Assembly: GCA_047651235.1 (NCBI GenBank)
Contig: CP178758.1
Span: forward strand, 3,390,001 to 3,422,000
Direction of reading: 5' to 3'
DNA from: Candidatus Electrothrix yaqonensis
GTDB taxonomy: Bacteria > Desulfobacterota > Desulfobulbia > Desulfobulbales > Desulfobulbaceae
DNA length: 32,000 bases
Shown: in pieces, positions 1 through 8,094 of the stretch
How the letters are laid out: each line of letters starts with the position of its first letter
How positions within the stretch are numbered: position 1 is the stretch's first letter
Made by a program: the position numbers and the translations under genes
Notes under the pieces: model-generated
Databases searched by the model: none
Seen by the model: the letters and a program-made list of their open reading frames with translations, nothing else
What the model was told of the DNA's origin: nothing

Positions 1-617
1 CTGGCTCTGCTGTGCAGGGCTTCGGAAATATTTCGCATAGCTCTCCCGAATCGGCTTGCGCCTCTCTGGGCCCGGCGGATCATGCCGCCCAGTTTTCCCA
101 GAGCTGCGAATGCACCGCGCATTCCTAGCGCCATCAATGAAATCGTCGGAGGACCGCCGATGAGTACGCTGGGCCCGGCAGGAACAGACAATACAGTACA
201 GGCGGGCAAGACCATGCATTTGGGAGGTTGGCCTTTAGCCCTAGGCGGGGGCGGCACACCGACAGCTTGGCAGCTGATCACCGGTAATCCAAGAAAACTC
301 TGAGCATCGCCGTCAAAGGCCACGGTGGAGCTGCCCATAAAGACTTCACTTTCATTGGTCGGTGGCGGTGGCCCGAACGGCCCGCCCATAGGGATATGGG
401 CCGGACATGCCTTGCCACCCGATCCGGCCTGGGCCCGCATCAGGCCGTTAATCTTGACCGTCCCCCCGATTATCGGAGCATAATCACAGGGATCCATGAC
501 GATTCCCACATAGGGATGCGGAATAGGTGTTGGCACCGGCCCGGCTGGGGTGGGAATCATGATAATGTGTGTATCAAGTCCCAAAATGGGATCAAAATGC
601 TTGGCCGCTATCGTCAT
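1..617 (-). CDS. PAAR-like (DUF4150-type) T6SS spike-tip/effector protein, N-terminal part; the CDS runs off the left edge
   Basis: Not in the ORF track because it is edge-truncated. I translated the minus strand by hand from the ATG at 617-615 to position 1 and found no stop. It begins MTIAAKHFDPILGLDTHIIMIPTPAGPVPTPIPHPYVG and later reads SVLIGGPPT. This Pro/Gly-rich pattern fits my memory of PAAR-like N-domains of T6SS toxins. The ATG overlaps the stop of the upstream gene (ATGA at 617-614). It lies two genes downstream of vgrG. Confidence 0.6.
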   Translation of the reverse strand, partial: MTIAAKHFDPILGLDTHIIMIPTPAGPVPTPIPHPYVGIVMDPCDYAPIIGGTVKINGLMRAQAGSGGKACPAHIPMGGPFGPPPPTNESEVFMGSSTVAFDGDAQSFLGLPVISCQAVGVPPPPRAKGQPPKCMVLPACTVLSVPAGPSVLIGGPPTISLMALGMRGAFAALGKLGGMIRRAQRGASRFGRAMRNISEALHSRA

Positions 618-1927
618 CCACCCACCTCCTGCACCTGCTTCGGACGCCAATCACGGGTGCCTGCGATCTCGATGATTTTTTGCTCGGTATGCGATGCCAA
701 GTCGCGATACGTCCCGTTCTGACAAAGGCGCATTATGGCCTCGCCCAGATAGGCAAAGGTACTTGTTTCCAGGGTCTCCTGATCCATTTTCCGCGCCGTT
801 TTCAGGCCGAGTGATCCGGCCTGAAATGCTTTGTCCTGCTCACCGAGCTGTTCATAACAGAAGGACGCAAGGCGGTGACAATCCAGCTCGACCCGCGCAT
901 CCCCCAGCTTCGCGGCCAGCGGAGCGGTTTCTGTGAATTGCTGCGCAGCATGTTCCCACTCATTGGCAGCGATGAATGCAGAGCCGCATCCCATCCGGGC
1001 TTGGAGGCGTAGCTGAGGACATGAGGTCCGTGCTTCTTCCAAGCCCTCAGTTTCTCCTTGAATGGCAGCAGCCTCAGCAGCCTGATATCGTGCCACTGCG
1101 TCGTTATGCTGGCCTGCATTGCTCAGCCCGCCTGCAAGTGCCATGTGAACAGGCACGGCAAGGTAAAACCAGGACTGAGCAGCAGCAAGTTTTACGGCTC
1201 GGTCGCCGAGTGTCAGGGCGGTTTTCACATCCTGCTCCTTAAGTGCATTGGTGAGCTTGACAAAGAGGTGTCGATACTGACCGCCAGGCTGATCAAGGTT
1301 CCCTCCGGCAACACTGAGTTCCTCCAGGGCGGAAGCCATATCAAGCTCAGGCTCCTGTATCCAGATCCGTTGCTTTTTTTTTGAGGAAAGTGTGCTGAAG
1401 CCGGGCGTGAGGGCGTTATCAAACAGGAGTATCCGTATCTGTTCCGGTGCTTCAAGGGAAAAACTGCAGAGCCAGCGTTGATAGGCTTCTACCTGCTCAA
1501 TCAGCTTGGGACGCAACACCAGCACCAGACGACTTTGGATCGCGTAATGCTGGAGAAAGGAGGAAAGGGTGTCGAGCAGCACGGTGATGTCCTGGACTGA
1601 GCTGCCGACCTGGGGAGGAAGCCAATCCGTGTCCAGACCAAGCTCGGCCAAATTCTCCTTTTCCGCTCCATACCAGTCGATCAGCTCCTGGCGCAGGGAA
1701 TAGCCATAAGCGGAAGAATTGTTAAACGCTGCCTGGAGCTGGAGAAAGAGATCTCCTGTCTGGCCAGCCTGTTCGTCCTCCTCCATTGCCAGAAAGGCTT
1801 CAGCCATACGTACCTCGTCAGGCTGGAAACGCCAGCAGAGAATCCGCGCCTCTTTATCCTTGGAGAATTGCATATACTCGTAGGATAAAAGCTGTAGTCT
1901 CCGAACGATAGGTTCATTGAATGCCAT
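614..1927 (-). CDS. Hypothetical 437-aa protein between vgrG and the PAAR-like gene; candidate T6SS adaptor/chaperone, function unknown
   Basis: It is a long ORF 8 nt downstream of vgrG and translationally coupled (ATGA) to the PAAR-like gene. The C-terminal half looks alpha-helical and TPR-like (AVARYQAAEAAA, EWEHAAQQF, CYEQLGEQDKAFQ). I recognise no adaptor family (DUF4123, DUF1795 or DUF2169). Confidence 0.7.
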   Translation of the reverse strand: MAFNEPIVRRLQLLSYEYMQFSKDKEARILCWRFQPDEVRMAEAFLAMEEDEQAGQTGDLFLQLQAAFNNSSAYGYSLRQELIDWYGAEKENLAELGLDTDWLPPQVGSSVQDITVLLDTLSSFLQHYAIQSRLVLVLRPKLIEQVEAYQRWLCSFSLEAPEQIRILLFDNALTPGFSTLSSKKKQRIWIQEPELDMASALEELSVAGGNLDQPGGQYRHLFVKLTNALKEQDVKTALTLGDRAVKLAAAQSWFYLAVPVHMALAGGLSNAGQHNDAVARYQAAEAAAIQGETEGLEEARTSCPQLRLQARMGCGSAFIAANEWEHAAQQFTETAPLAAKLGDARVELDCHRLASFCYEQLGEQDKAFQAGSLGLKTARKMDQETLETSTFAYLGEAIMRLCQNGTYRDLASHTEQKIIEIAGTRDWRPKQVQEVGG

Positions 1928-1935
1928 GATCTACC

Positions 1936-4119
1936 TCAGTTGACTTTGACCATTGCACCTGTAATGGTCACTCCAGAAGGATCAGCTTTTACATTGCCTG
2001 ATGCATCCAGTTCAGCCGAGGCGGTTCCCTTGACAGTGGCTTTCGCGCCGGACATGGTTGCATTTGCATCCAGCTTGACTTTTCCACCACCGCTGGCTTC
2101 GGCGTTCACATCCCCGGTGAGTTCGATTTTGCCGCCGCCGTTGGCTTCTGCTTTCACATCTCCGGTGAGTTCGACTTTACCGCCGCCGCTGGCTTCAGCG
2201 TTTACATCGCTGGTAAGTGTGACCGTACCGCCGCCGTTGGCTGCGGCCTTCACACCGCCGTCAAGCAGCACACTGGATCCTCCGGCGCTTGTTGTCAACG
2301 CATTGGCATCAAGTACGATCGCAGCTCCGCCGCCTGCACTGAGTGTGATTTTTCCCGGCACCATAGTGATGGAACTGCCGCCGCAGGTCAGAGAAATTTC
2401 AGAAGGGGCCTGGATACTCACTGTACTGGTGGTGTCGAGCTTGTAATTGCCGGTTACATTCACAATCCTGTCTCCGGCCTCCACAGTGAGGCTGGTGTTT
2501 CCTTTCACGGTCACCGACTGCGTCCCGGCCTGTACTGCCAAGGAGTCATTGCCGCTTTTCACTGTTGCGGAACGATCATTTTCTACAGTTGTAGTCATAT
2601 CCTTCTTGGCATACAGTGAAAAGTCCTCCGCCCCTTCCTGATCCTCCATATGCAGCTGATTGCCGCCGCCCGATTTGATCACGCTCTGGGTCTGATTTCT
2701 CCCTTTCACCGGACTTCCTGTCTCCGGGTTCGGCACCGATCCGGAGATGATGGGCCGGTCCGGATCGCCCTCAATAAAGGTGAGCAGCACTTCGGTATTT
2801 TTGTGCAGGGGGAAATGCATGCCGTAATCTGCCCCGGCATAGGGCTGCATCATCCGGCACCAGGCCGATGCCTTGCCGCTGCCCCGGCCGCTGCGGTCAA
2901 GGGGAAGGAGAACCTTATAGCGTCCCTCATCGTCCAGCTCGGCATATTGACCACTGGAGGCCGCGTCCACCTTGGCATTGAACGTGCCGGATATTTTCGG
3001 CTTCACTGCGGTCCGCTCCGGCCGGAACTGGACACCCGCCGGAATGCCGGTAAAGCTGTTGGCATAGAACATCGGCTCGTCCACAGGGGCCGTTGCCGCT
3101 GACAGGCCGGAGATCAGATACCCGGTCTGGTGGCCCTCGTGGCTGACCTCGGAGAGCAGATATTTTTTATTGTACGCCTTGGTATAATGTTCCTGCAGAT
3201 CAAAGGTAAAGCCGGGTGTCATAAAGGGAACAGAGCTGTTGCCGTAATAGACGGACTTCCTGCAGAGAAGTTCTTCCGCCCGTATCCCGGCCAGCCGGTT
3301 ACCCTCTTCTGGAGTCGGAAAATGCTCACCGTAGATATAAGTTTCGCCTCTGCCATCCGGATCAACTTCAGCTTTTCCCTCTATTGCTAGGGAGGGTTTG
3401 CGGTAATTGTAATCCTTAAGAAAGACCTGCTGGGGCAGCAGGTTGTGCCTGCAGAGAAATTCTTTGACCACCTCCTTGGTATGCAGGGAATCCAGACCGG
3501 ACTGGGGATTATAGATCAGATCCTTCCCCTGGGGCAGGTCGGTATGGGAGATTTTGGTGTCCGTGAAAATAGCCTTTTCGCCCTGCTCAGTCTGCTCAAA
3601 AAAGTAGTAGATACCTTCCCGTTCCGCCCATCGGGAAACAAAATTCAGATGGGTCTCACCGTACTGGCAGACGTACTCCAAGGGCTGGTAGTCGTTCTGC
3701 AGCTTGAACTCGAAGTCGATGCCGCTGACCAGACCGCATTCCTTGAGCACGGCCTCCAGAATATCCGGAACGGGCTGATCAAGGAAGACCTGGTTATGGC
3801 CGGTCAGGGAAAGCCACTGCAGCTTGGGCATAAGCACGGCTTTAAAGAAGAGATAACCGTTGAACTCCTGGGTTTCCTCGAACTGCATGAGGATGCCGTG
3901 GAAGCTTACATCCTCCTCACCGTCCCGGTGGATGGTGAAGACAGCGGTGTTCTGGAGCACCTGGAGGGGATCAATATCCTTTGTCTCTGAGATCAGGACG
4001 ATCTCGAACCGGTAGGGGGTGGAGAACGCCTCAAAGCCGGTGAAACTGACCACGGCAAAACTGTCCGGGGCTGCTGCTTTGGAGACAAAAGAGTATTTTC
4101 TTTTAGTCAGAAGAGCCAT
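1936..4119 (-). CDS. vgrG: Type VI secretion spike protein VgrG (TssI)
   Basis: The sequence has the VgrG/gp27-gp5 signature: FEIVLIS, CQYGETHLNFVSRWAEREGIYYFFEQ, WCRMMQPYAGADYGMHFPLHKNTEVLLTFIEGDPDRPIISGSVPN. The C-terminus is a Gly-rich beta-helix. I prefer the ATG at 4119 (MALLTKRKY) because GGAGGG lies about 7 nt upstream; the ORF track extends to 4203. Confidence 0.9.
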   Translation of the reverse strand: MALLTKRKYSFVSKAAAPDSFAVVSFTGFEAFSTPYRFEIVLISETKDIDPLQVLQNTAVFTIHRDGEEDVSFHGILMQFEETQEFNGYLFFKAVLMPKLQWLSLTGHNQVFLDQPVPDILEAVLKECGLVSGIDFEFKLQNDYQPLEYVCQYGETHLNFVSRWAEREGIYYFFEQTEQGEKAIFTDTKISHTDLPQGKDLIYNPQSGLDSLHTKEVVKEFLCRHNLLPQQVFLKDYNYRKPSLAIEGKAEVDPDGRGETYIYGEHFPTPEEGNRLAGIRAEELLCRKSVYYGNSSVPFMTPGFTFDLQEHYTKAYNKKYLLSEVSHEGHQTGYLISGLSAATAPVDEPMFYANSFTGIPAGVQFRPERTAVKPKISGTFNAKVDAASSGQYAELDDEGRYKVLLPLDRSGRGSGKASAWCRMMQPYAGADYGMHFPLHKNTEVLLTFIEGDPDRPIISGSVPNPETGSPVKGRNQTQSVIKSGGGNQLHMEDQEGAEDFSLYAKKDMTTTVENDRSATVKSGNDSLAVQAGTQSVTVKGNTSLTVEAGDRIVNVTGNYKLDTTSTVSIQAPSEISLTCGGSSITMVPGKITLSAGGGAAIVLDANALTTSAGGSSVLLDGGVKAAANGGGTVTLTSDVNAEASGGGKVELTGDVKAEANGGGKIELTGDVNAEASGGGKVKLDANATMSGAKATVKGTASAELDASGNVKADPSGVTITGAMVKVN
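2074..2265 (-). repeat. Four tandem 48-bp units inside the vgrG 3' end, encoding 16-aa beta-helix repeats GGGK(V/I)ELTGDV(K/N)AEA(S/N)
   Basis: Direct reading gives units at 2074-2121, 2122-2169, 2170-2217 and 2218-2265. The middle two are near-identical at the DNA level. Confidence 0.85.
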
Positions 4120-4280
4120 AGCGTTTCCCTCCTTTGTATTTTCAGGCCGGTCGTCTTGCAAATGACATGCAATTAGGAATTCACGAAAATAACTATACCC
4201 CATATTGACAGGGGATTCCAGAGAAATAAATTGGAATAGACTTGTTCCTTTTTAAAAATCGGGTAAACTTCACGAAAAAA

Positions 4281-4510
4281 ATGGAGCAACGTGATGACCG
4301 TCATCTTCGTTCATTGACTGGCGTGACACAGAAACAGTTCGATATTCTGCTTGAAGCGTTCACTTCAGTTCACTTCAACCTTCAAAACGCTGCGGCAGCG
4401 TGCATATCAGGAGGGATTTTCCTCTGGAACCCGAAAGCACCGTCCCGGAGGCGGCAGAAAAGGAGCATTGCCCTCCATGCGGGACAAGCTGTTGTTTGTT
4501 CTTTATTGTC
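4281..4510 (+). pseudogene. Relic of a transposase N-terminus (HTH region of an IS5/DDE_Tnp_4-like transposase), frameshifted and 3'-truncated
   Basis: Frame 1 reads MEQRDDRHLRSLTGVTQKQFDILLEAFTS. A second frame continues FKTLRQRAYQEGFSSGTRKHRPGGGRKGALPSMRDKLLFVLY, a typical transposase HTH/linker. A 10-bp tandem duplication (ttcacttcag / ttcacttcaa, 4359-4378) causes the frame switch. No DDE catalytic domain follows. Confidence 0.6.
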
Positions 4511-4554
4511 CTAATCGCCAGTTAAAACTATGGACTTCAGTCCAAGACTTTTAG

Positions 4555-4692
4555 TAATGCGAATTAGGAGTTGGATTATCCGGTCTCAGTAAAAAAACAG
4601 ATAGTTACAGAAAATCCGTTCCGATTTTGCAGAATCTGGCAGTTTTATCCTTTTGATTTTGCGTCATAGATTTTAACCCCTAATTCGCATTA
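4555..4692. repeat. Perfect 14-bp inverted repeat (TAATGCGAATTAGG / CCTAATTCGCATTA) bracketing 110 bp; MITE-like or IS-end remnant
   Basis: The arms read directly at 4555-4568 and 4679-4692. A degenerate third copy (cctaatcgc) lies at about 4510-4518, where transposase homology ends. Confidence 0.75.
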
Positions 4693-4711
4693 TTAAGGAA
4701 CAGGTTTAGTA

Positions 4712-4742
4712 CAGGAAAAGGCCGCAGTTTGATCCTGCGGCC
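4712..4742 (-). terminator. Rho-independent terminator downstream of pntB
   Basis: On the minus strand the sequence is GGCCGCAG-gatcaaa-CTGCGGCC followed by TTTTCC. This is a perfect 8-bp GC-rich stem about 35 nt after the pntB stop. Confidence 0.6.
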
Positions 4743-4777
4743 CCTCGGTTTATAAAAGACTGTGACTCTGACTTCTG

Positions 4778-6157
4778 TCAGCTGTTTTTAAATTCAGCAA
4801 CCAGCGCCTGAATTGACTCCTTGGCATCGCCGAAATACATGCGGGCATTTTCGGCAAAAAACAGCGCGTTCTGAATACCGGCAAAACCGGGATTCATGGA
4901 ACGCTTCAGAACAATAACCGTCCCGGCCCGGTGGGTCTCGATGATGGGCATGCCGTAGATCGGGCTGGATTCGTCATCAAGGGCTGCCGGATTGACCACG
5001 TCATTGGCCCCGATCACCACGCAGACATCCACGCTGTCCATGCGGGGGTTAATATCATCCATCTCAACCAGCTGATCATACGGCACATTGGCTTCAGCCA
5101 GCAGGACGTTCATGTGCCCGGGCATCCGTCCGGCAACCGGATGGATGGCATAGGACACCTCGGTGTCGTTTGCCTCCAGAATTTCTCCGAGCTCCCGGAC
5201 CACATGCTGGGCCTGGGCTACAGCCAGCCCGTAACCAGGTACAAAGACTACAGAATCAGCTGATTCCAGAATATAGTACACATCCTCTGCTGAGGCCGGA
5301 CGGATTTCACCTTGCGGCCCGTCCCCGCCTGCCGCAGCCGTGGTGCTGCCGAAGCCGGAAAACAGGACATTGGCCAGCGACCGGTTCATGGCTTTGCACA
5401 TAATATTGGTTAGGATGATTCCGGAAGCACCGACCAGCGCACCGGCAACGATCAGGATATTATTGGAGATGACAAAACCGGCAGCACAGGCGGCCAATCC
5501 GGAATAGCTGTTCAGCAGGGAAATGACCACCGGCATATCAGCCCCGCCGATAGGAATGGTGGAGGTTATGCCAAAGCACAGGGCCACCAGCAGGATCAGG
5601 ACAAAAATGCCGTAGCCGAAGATACTGCCCGGCGTTGCGCAGAAAATCACAGCTCCGATCAGGGCGGCTGCCAGGATTGCCCCGTTGATAATATGCTGTC
5701 CTTTGAACACCACTGCTTTCTGGCTGATCTTGCCGGAGAGTTTGCCGAAGGCGACCATGGAACCGGTAAAGGTCACCCCACCGATAAAGGCGGATAAAAA
5801 GGCCACAAGAGCAATAAACACAGACAGGTGCATGTTCTGGTGGTATTCAGCCCAGGCAAGCAGCAGGCTGGAGATACCGCCGAAGCCGTTGAACAGGGCA
5901 ACCATTTCCGGCATGGCGGTCATCTGCACCCGGAGTGCGGCAACTGCTCCGATACCGGTGCCGATGACGATGCCGAGCAGAATCCATTTATAATCCAGTC
6001 CGGCGTTCATCAGGGTGATGATAATGGCGATCAGCATACCCAGGGAGGAAAGCAGATTACCGCGCCGCGCCGTTGCCGGAGAACTGAGCATTTTCAGGCC
6101 GAGAATGAACAGGGCTGCTGAAATGACATAGGCAAAATTGATAAAAAGAGGGTTCAC
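4778..6157 (-). CDS. pntB: NAD(P) transhydrogenase subunit beta
   Basis: A 459-aa protein with a polytopic N-terminal half and a C-terminal NADP(H)-binding domain (VVFVPGYGLAVAQAQH, HPVAGRMPGHMNVLLAEA, VIGANDVVNP). It overlaps the upstream pnt gene by 4 nt. Confidence 0.95.
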   Translation of the reverse strand: MNPLFINFAYVISAALFILGLKMLSSPATARRGNLLSSLGMLIAIIITLMNAGLDYKWILLGIVIGTGIGAVAALRVQMTAMPEMVALFNGFGGISSLLLAWAEYHQNMHLSVFIALVAFLSAFIGGVTFTGSMVAFGKLSGKISQKAVVFKGQHIINGAILAAALIGAVIFCATPGSIFGYGIFVLILLVALCFGITSTIPIGGADMPVVISLLNSYSGLAACAAGFVISNNILIVAGALVGASGIILTNIMCKAMNRSLANVLFSGFGSTTAAAGGDGPQGEIRPASAEDVYYILESADSVVFVPGYGLAVAQAQHVVRELGEILEANDTEVSYAIHPVAGRMPGHMNVLLAEANVPYDQLVEMDDINPRMDSVDVCVVIGANDVVNPAALDDESSPIYGMPIIETHRAGTVIVLKRSMNPGFAGIQNALFFAENARMYFGDAKESIQALVAEFKNS

Positions 6158-6465
6158 TTGCCACCTCCTTCATTTTTCGGTGTTTTCTTTGTTTTTTTCT
6201 TGAACATTTCCAGCATTCTGTTGGTGACCATGTAGCCGCCCACCACATTGATGGTAGCAAAAATCACAGCCAGCGTGCCGAGCAGGATGGAAAAGCCGTC
6301 GTGGTCCATACGCAGGGAAGCAATGGCGCCGATCAGGGTAATGCCGGAAATCGCATTGGACCCAGACATGAGCGGCGTATGCAGAGTGGAAGGTACCTTG
6401 GAAATAAGTTCAAAACCCAAAAAAATTGCCAGGATAAAAACAAAAGTCAGATATACCGGTTCCAT
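6154..6465 (-). CDS. pntAB: NAD(P) transhydrogenase subunit alpha, part 2 (membrane part)
   Basis: A 103-aa membrane protein (HTPLMSGSNAISGI motif) lying between pntAA and pntB with overlapping start and stop codons. Confidence 0.9.
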   Translation of the reverse strand: MEPVYLTFVFILAIFLGFELISKVPSTLHTPLMSGSNAISGITLIGAIASLRMDHDGFSILLGTLAVIFATINVVGGYMVTNRMLEMFKKKTKKTPKNEGGGK

Positions 6466-7610
6466 TATTCACCTCGCTTGTTCATGATGTTCTTATACAT
6501 CTGGCTGACGATCTCCCCGGCATGGGTGATCAGCGCGCCCTGCATGATTTCATCCTCTTTGTTGACTGTCATGTTTTTCGTTTCCTTGTCCCAGAAGTGG
6601 TCAACAAAATTGCCTAAATTGGCCGAGTACATCTGACTGGCAGTGACGGCTACCCGGCCGGGCAGATTGGCGATTCCTAAAATTTTGACCCCGTCCACCT
6701 CAACAATGGTGTCAACTTCAGAGCCTTCCACATTGCCGCCGGTTTCCACTGCCATATCAATGATCACAGAGCCCGGCTGCATCCCGGCCAGCATCTCGCG
6801 GTCAATAATGCGTGGTGCCGGACGGCCGAAGAGCTGAGCCGTAGTGATGACAACATCCGCTCGTGCACAGGCCTTGGCCATGCCCTCCTTCTGCAGGTCC
6901 AGCTGCTCCGGGGTCAAGGCCTTGGCATAGCCGTCCTTGGTCTGCCCGGTCTCACCGAGATCGACTTTGACGAATTTGGCGCCCAGGGATTTTACCTGTT
7001 CCTCCACCACAGGGCGGGTGTCAAAGGCCTCAACCACCGCTCCCAAGCGTTTGGCCGTGGCAATGGCCTGCAGCCCGGCCACGCCGACCCCGATAATAAA
7101 CACCCGTGCCGGTTTAATGGTCCCGGCCGGAGTTGTCATCATGGGGAAGATCTTGTCGAGCTGCTCAGCAGCAAGGGTGACGGCTGCATAGCCGCCCAGA
7201 TTGGCCTGGGAGGAAAGCACGTCCATCTTCTGGGCGATCGTGGTGCGGGGAATCATCTCCAGGCTGACTGCCGAAATTCCGGCTTCCTTGAGTTTCTCCA
7301 CCAATTCGACCTCATTGAACGGATCAAGATAGCTGACATGGAGACAGCCTCTTTTCAGCATGCTGATCTCATTTGCAGGCGGCTTGCGCAGACGCAGCAC
7401 AATATCAGCCGTTCTGAGCATATCTTCACGGGAAGCGCCCACCGTGGCCCCGGCCTTCTGATACTCGGCATCCTCAAACCGGCAGCTCAGGCCGAGGTCG
7501 GCTTCGACAACCACCTCAGCTCCCAGTTTGACCAGCTTGGCGGCTGTTGCCGGAATCAGGGGCACCCGTTTTTCCCGTGGATGATTTTCCTTCATGACCG
7601 CAATTATCAT
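6465..7610 (-). CDS. pntAA: NAD(P) transhydrogenase subunit alpha, part 1 (AlaDH/PNT domain)
   Basis: A 381-aa protein beginning MIIAVMKENHPREKRVPLIP, with a Rossmann motif VFIIGVGVAGLQAIATAKRLGA. It is the first gene of the pnt operon. Confidence 0.95.
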   Translation of the reverse strand: MIIAVMKENHPREKRVPLIPATAAKLVKLGAEVVVEADLGLSCRFEDAEYQKAGATVGASREDMLRTADIVLRLRKPPANEISMLKRGCLHVSYLDPFNEVELVEKLKEAGISAVSLEMIPRTTIAQKMDVLSSQANLGGYAAVTLAAEQLDKIFPMMTTPAGTIKPARVFIIGVGVAGLQAIATAKRLGAVVEAFDTRPVVEEQVKSLGAKFVKVDLGETGQTKDGYAKALTPEQLDLQKEGMAKACARADVVITTAQLFGRPAPRIIDREMLAGMQPGSVIIDMAVETGGNVEGSEVDTIVEVDGVKILGIANLPGRVAVTASQMYSANLGNFVDHFWDKETKNMTVNKEDEIMQGALITHAGEIVSQMYKNIMNKRGE

Positions 7611-7823
7611 ACGTCACTCCTTGGGTTGCATATAAAGAATTCTGACAGAAAAACACGCTGAAATATTGTCGGGAGATCAACCGGACTGACCTGCTGAACT
7701 CCTGGGCCGGGAAATCATGACGATTTTTGCTGCAAAGTAACACGGTACCTTGGACAAGAAAAGGAAAAAATATCGAGAACTGATGAACAGCACCGAAGTG
7801 CCTGCGGAATGACCACTCCGGTG

Positions 7824-7842
7824 TATCCTGAAGTTCAGGATA
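7824..7842. promoter_or_regulatory. Perfect 19-bp palindrome TATCCTGAA-G-TTCAGGATA upstream of the pnt operon; possible operator
   Basis: Read directly from the sequence. It lies about 215 nt upstream of the pntAA start. Its function is inferred from symmetry only. Confidence 0.3.
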
Positions 7843-7880
7843 GGAGCTAAGAAGCCGGACAAGCCCGAATTATCGGACAA

Positions 7881-7972
7881 GCCTCCTCCAGATCAAGGGC
7901 GGCCGGATCTCCGCGTCAATCTGCACGACACGGGTGAAGTGCTGCTCTGCCCCCGATCTCCCGGCGTATGCA
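7881..7972 (-). pseudogene. Relic of the 3' end of a TPR-repeat gene, paralogous to 10115-11647
   Basis: cctccagatcaagggcggccggatctccgcgtcaatctgcacgacacgggtgaagtgctgctctgcccccgatctcccggcgtatgcag aligns by eye to 10155-10320 of the intact TPR gene. Most positions match, but the relic lacks an internal segment of roughly 80 nt. Confidence 0.6.
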
Positions 7973-8094
7973 GCTCTTGTACAAAGCAGCAGAATATATT
8001 ATAACCCATTCAGCAAGAATGATACGACAAGCGGTTAAATGAATTACGATTCTAAAATATATTCTCCTTTGAGATCAATATAGGGACAGGGCTG

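Noticed and set aside
82-936. Plus-strand ORFs of 73-108 aa at the left edge
   Set aside because: They are antisense to the hand-translated PAAR-like CDS (1-617) and to the 437-aa gene. The minus-strand frames are longer, coupled and motif-bearing.
1940-3990. Plus-strand ORFs of 64-181 aa
   Set aside because: They are antisense to vgrG. The Pro/Ser/Ala-rich repeats are the mirror image of the Gly-rich beta-helix repeats.
4120-4203. Upstream extension of vgrG to the ATG at 4203
   Set aside because: The extension (MGYSYFREFLIACHLQDDRPENTKEGNA) has no VgrG similarity. A strong GGAGGG RBS precedes the internal ATG at 4119, where VgrG homology starts.
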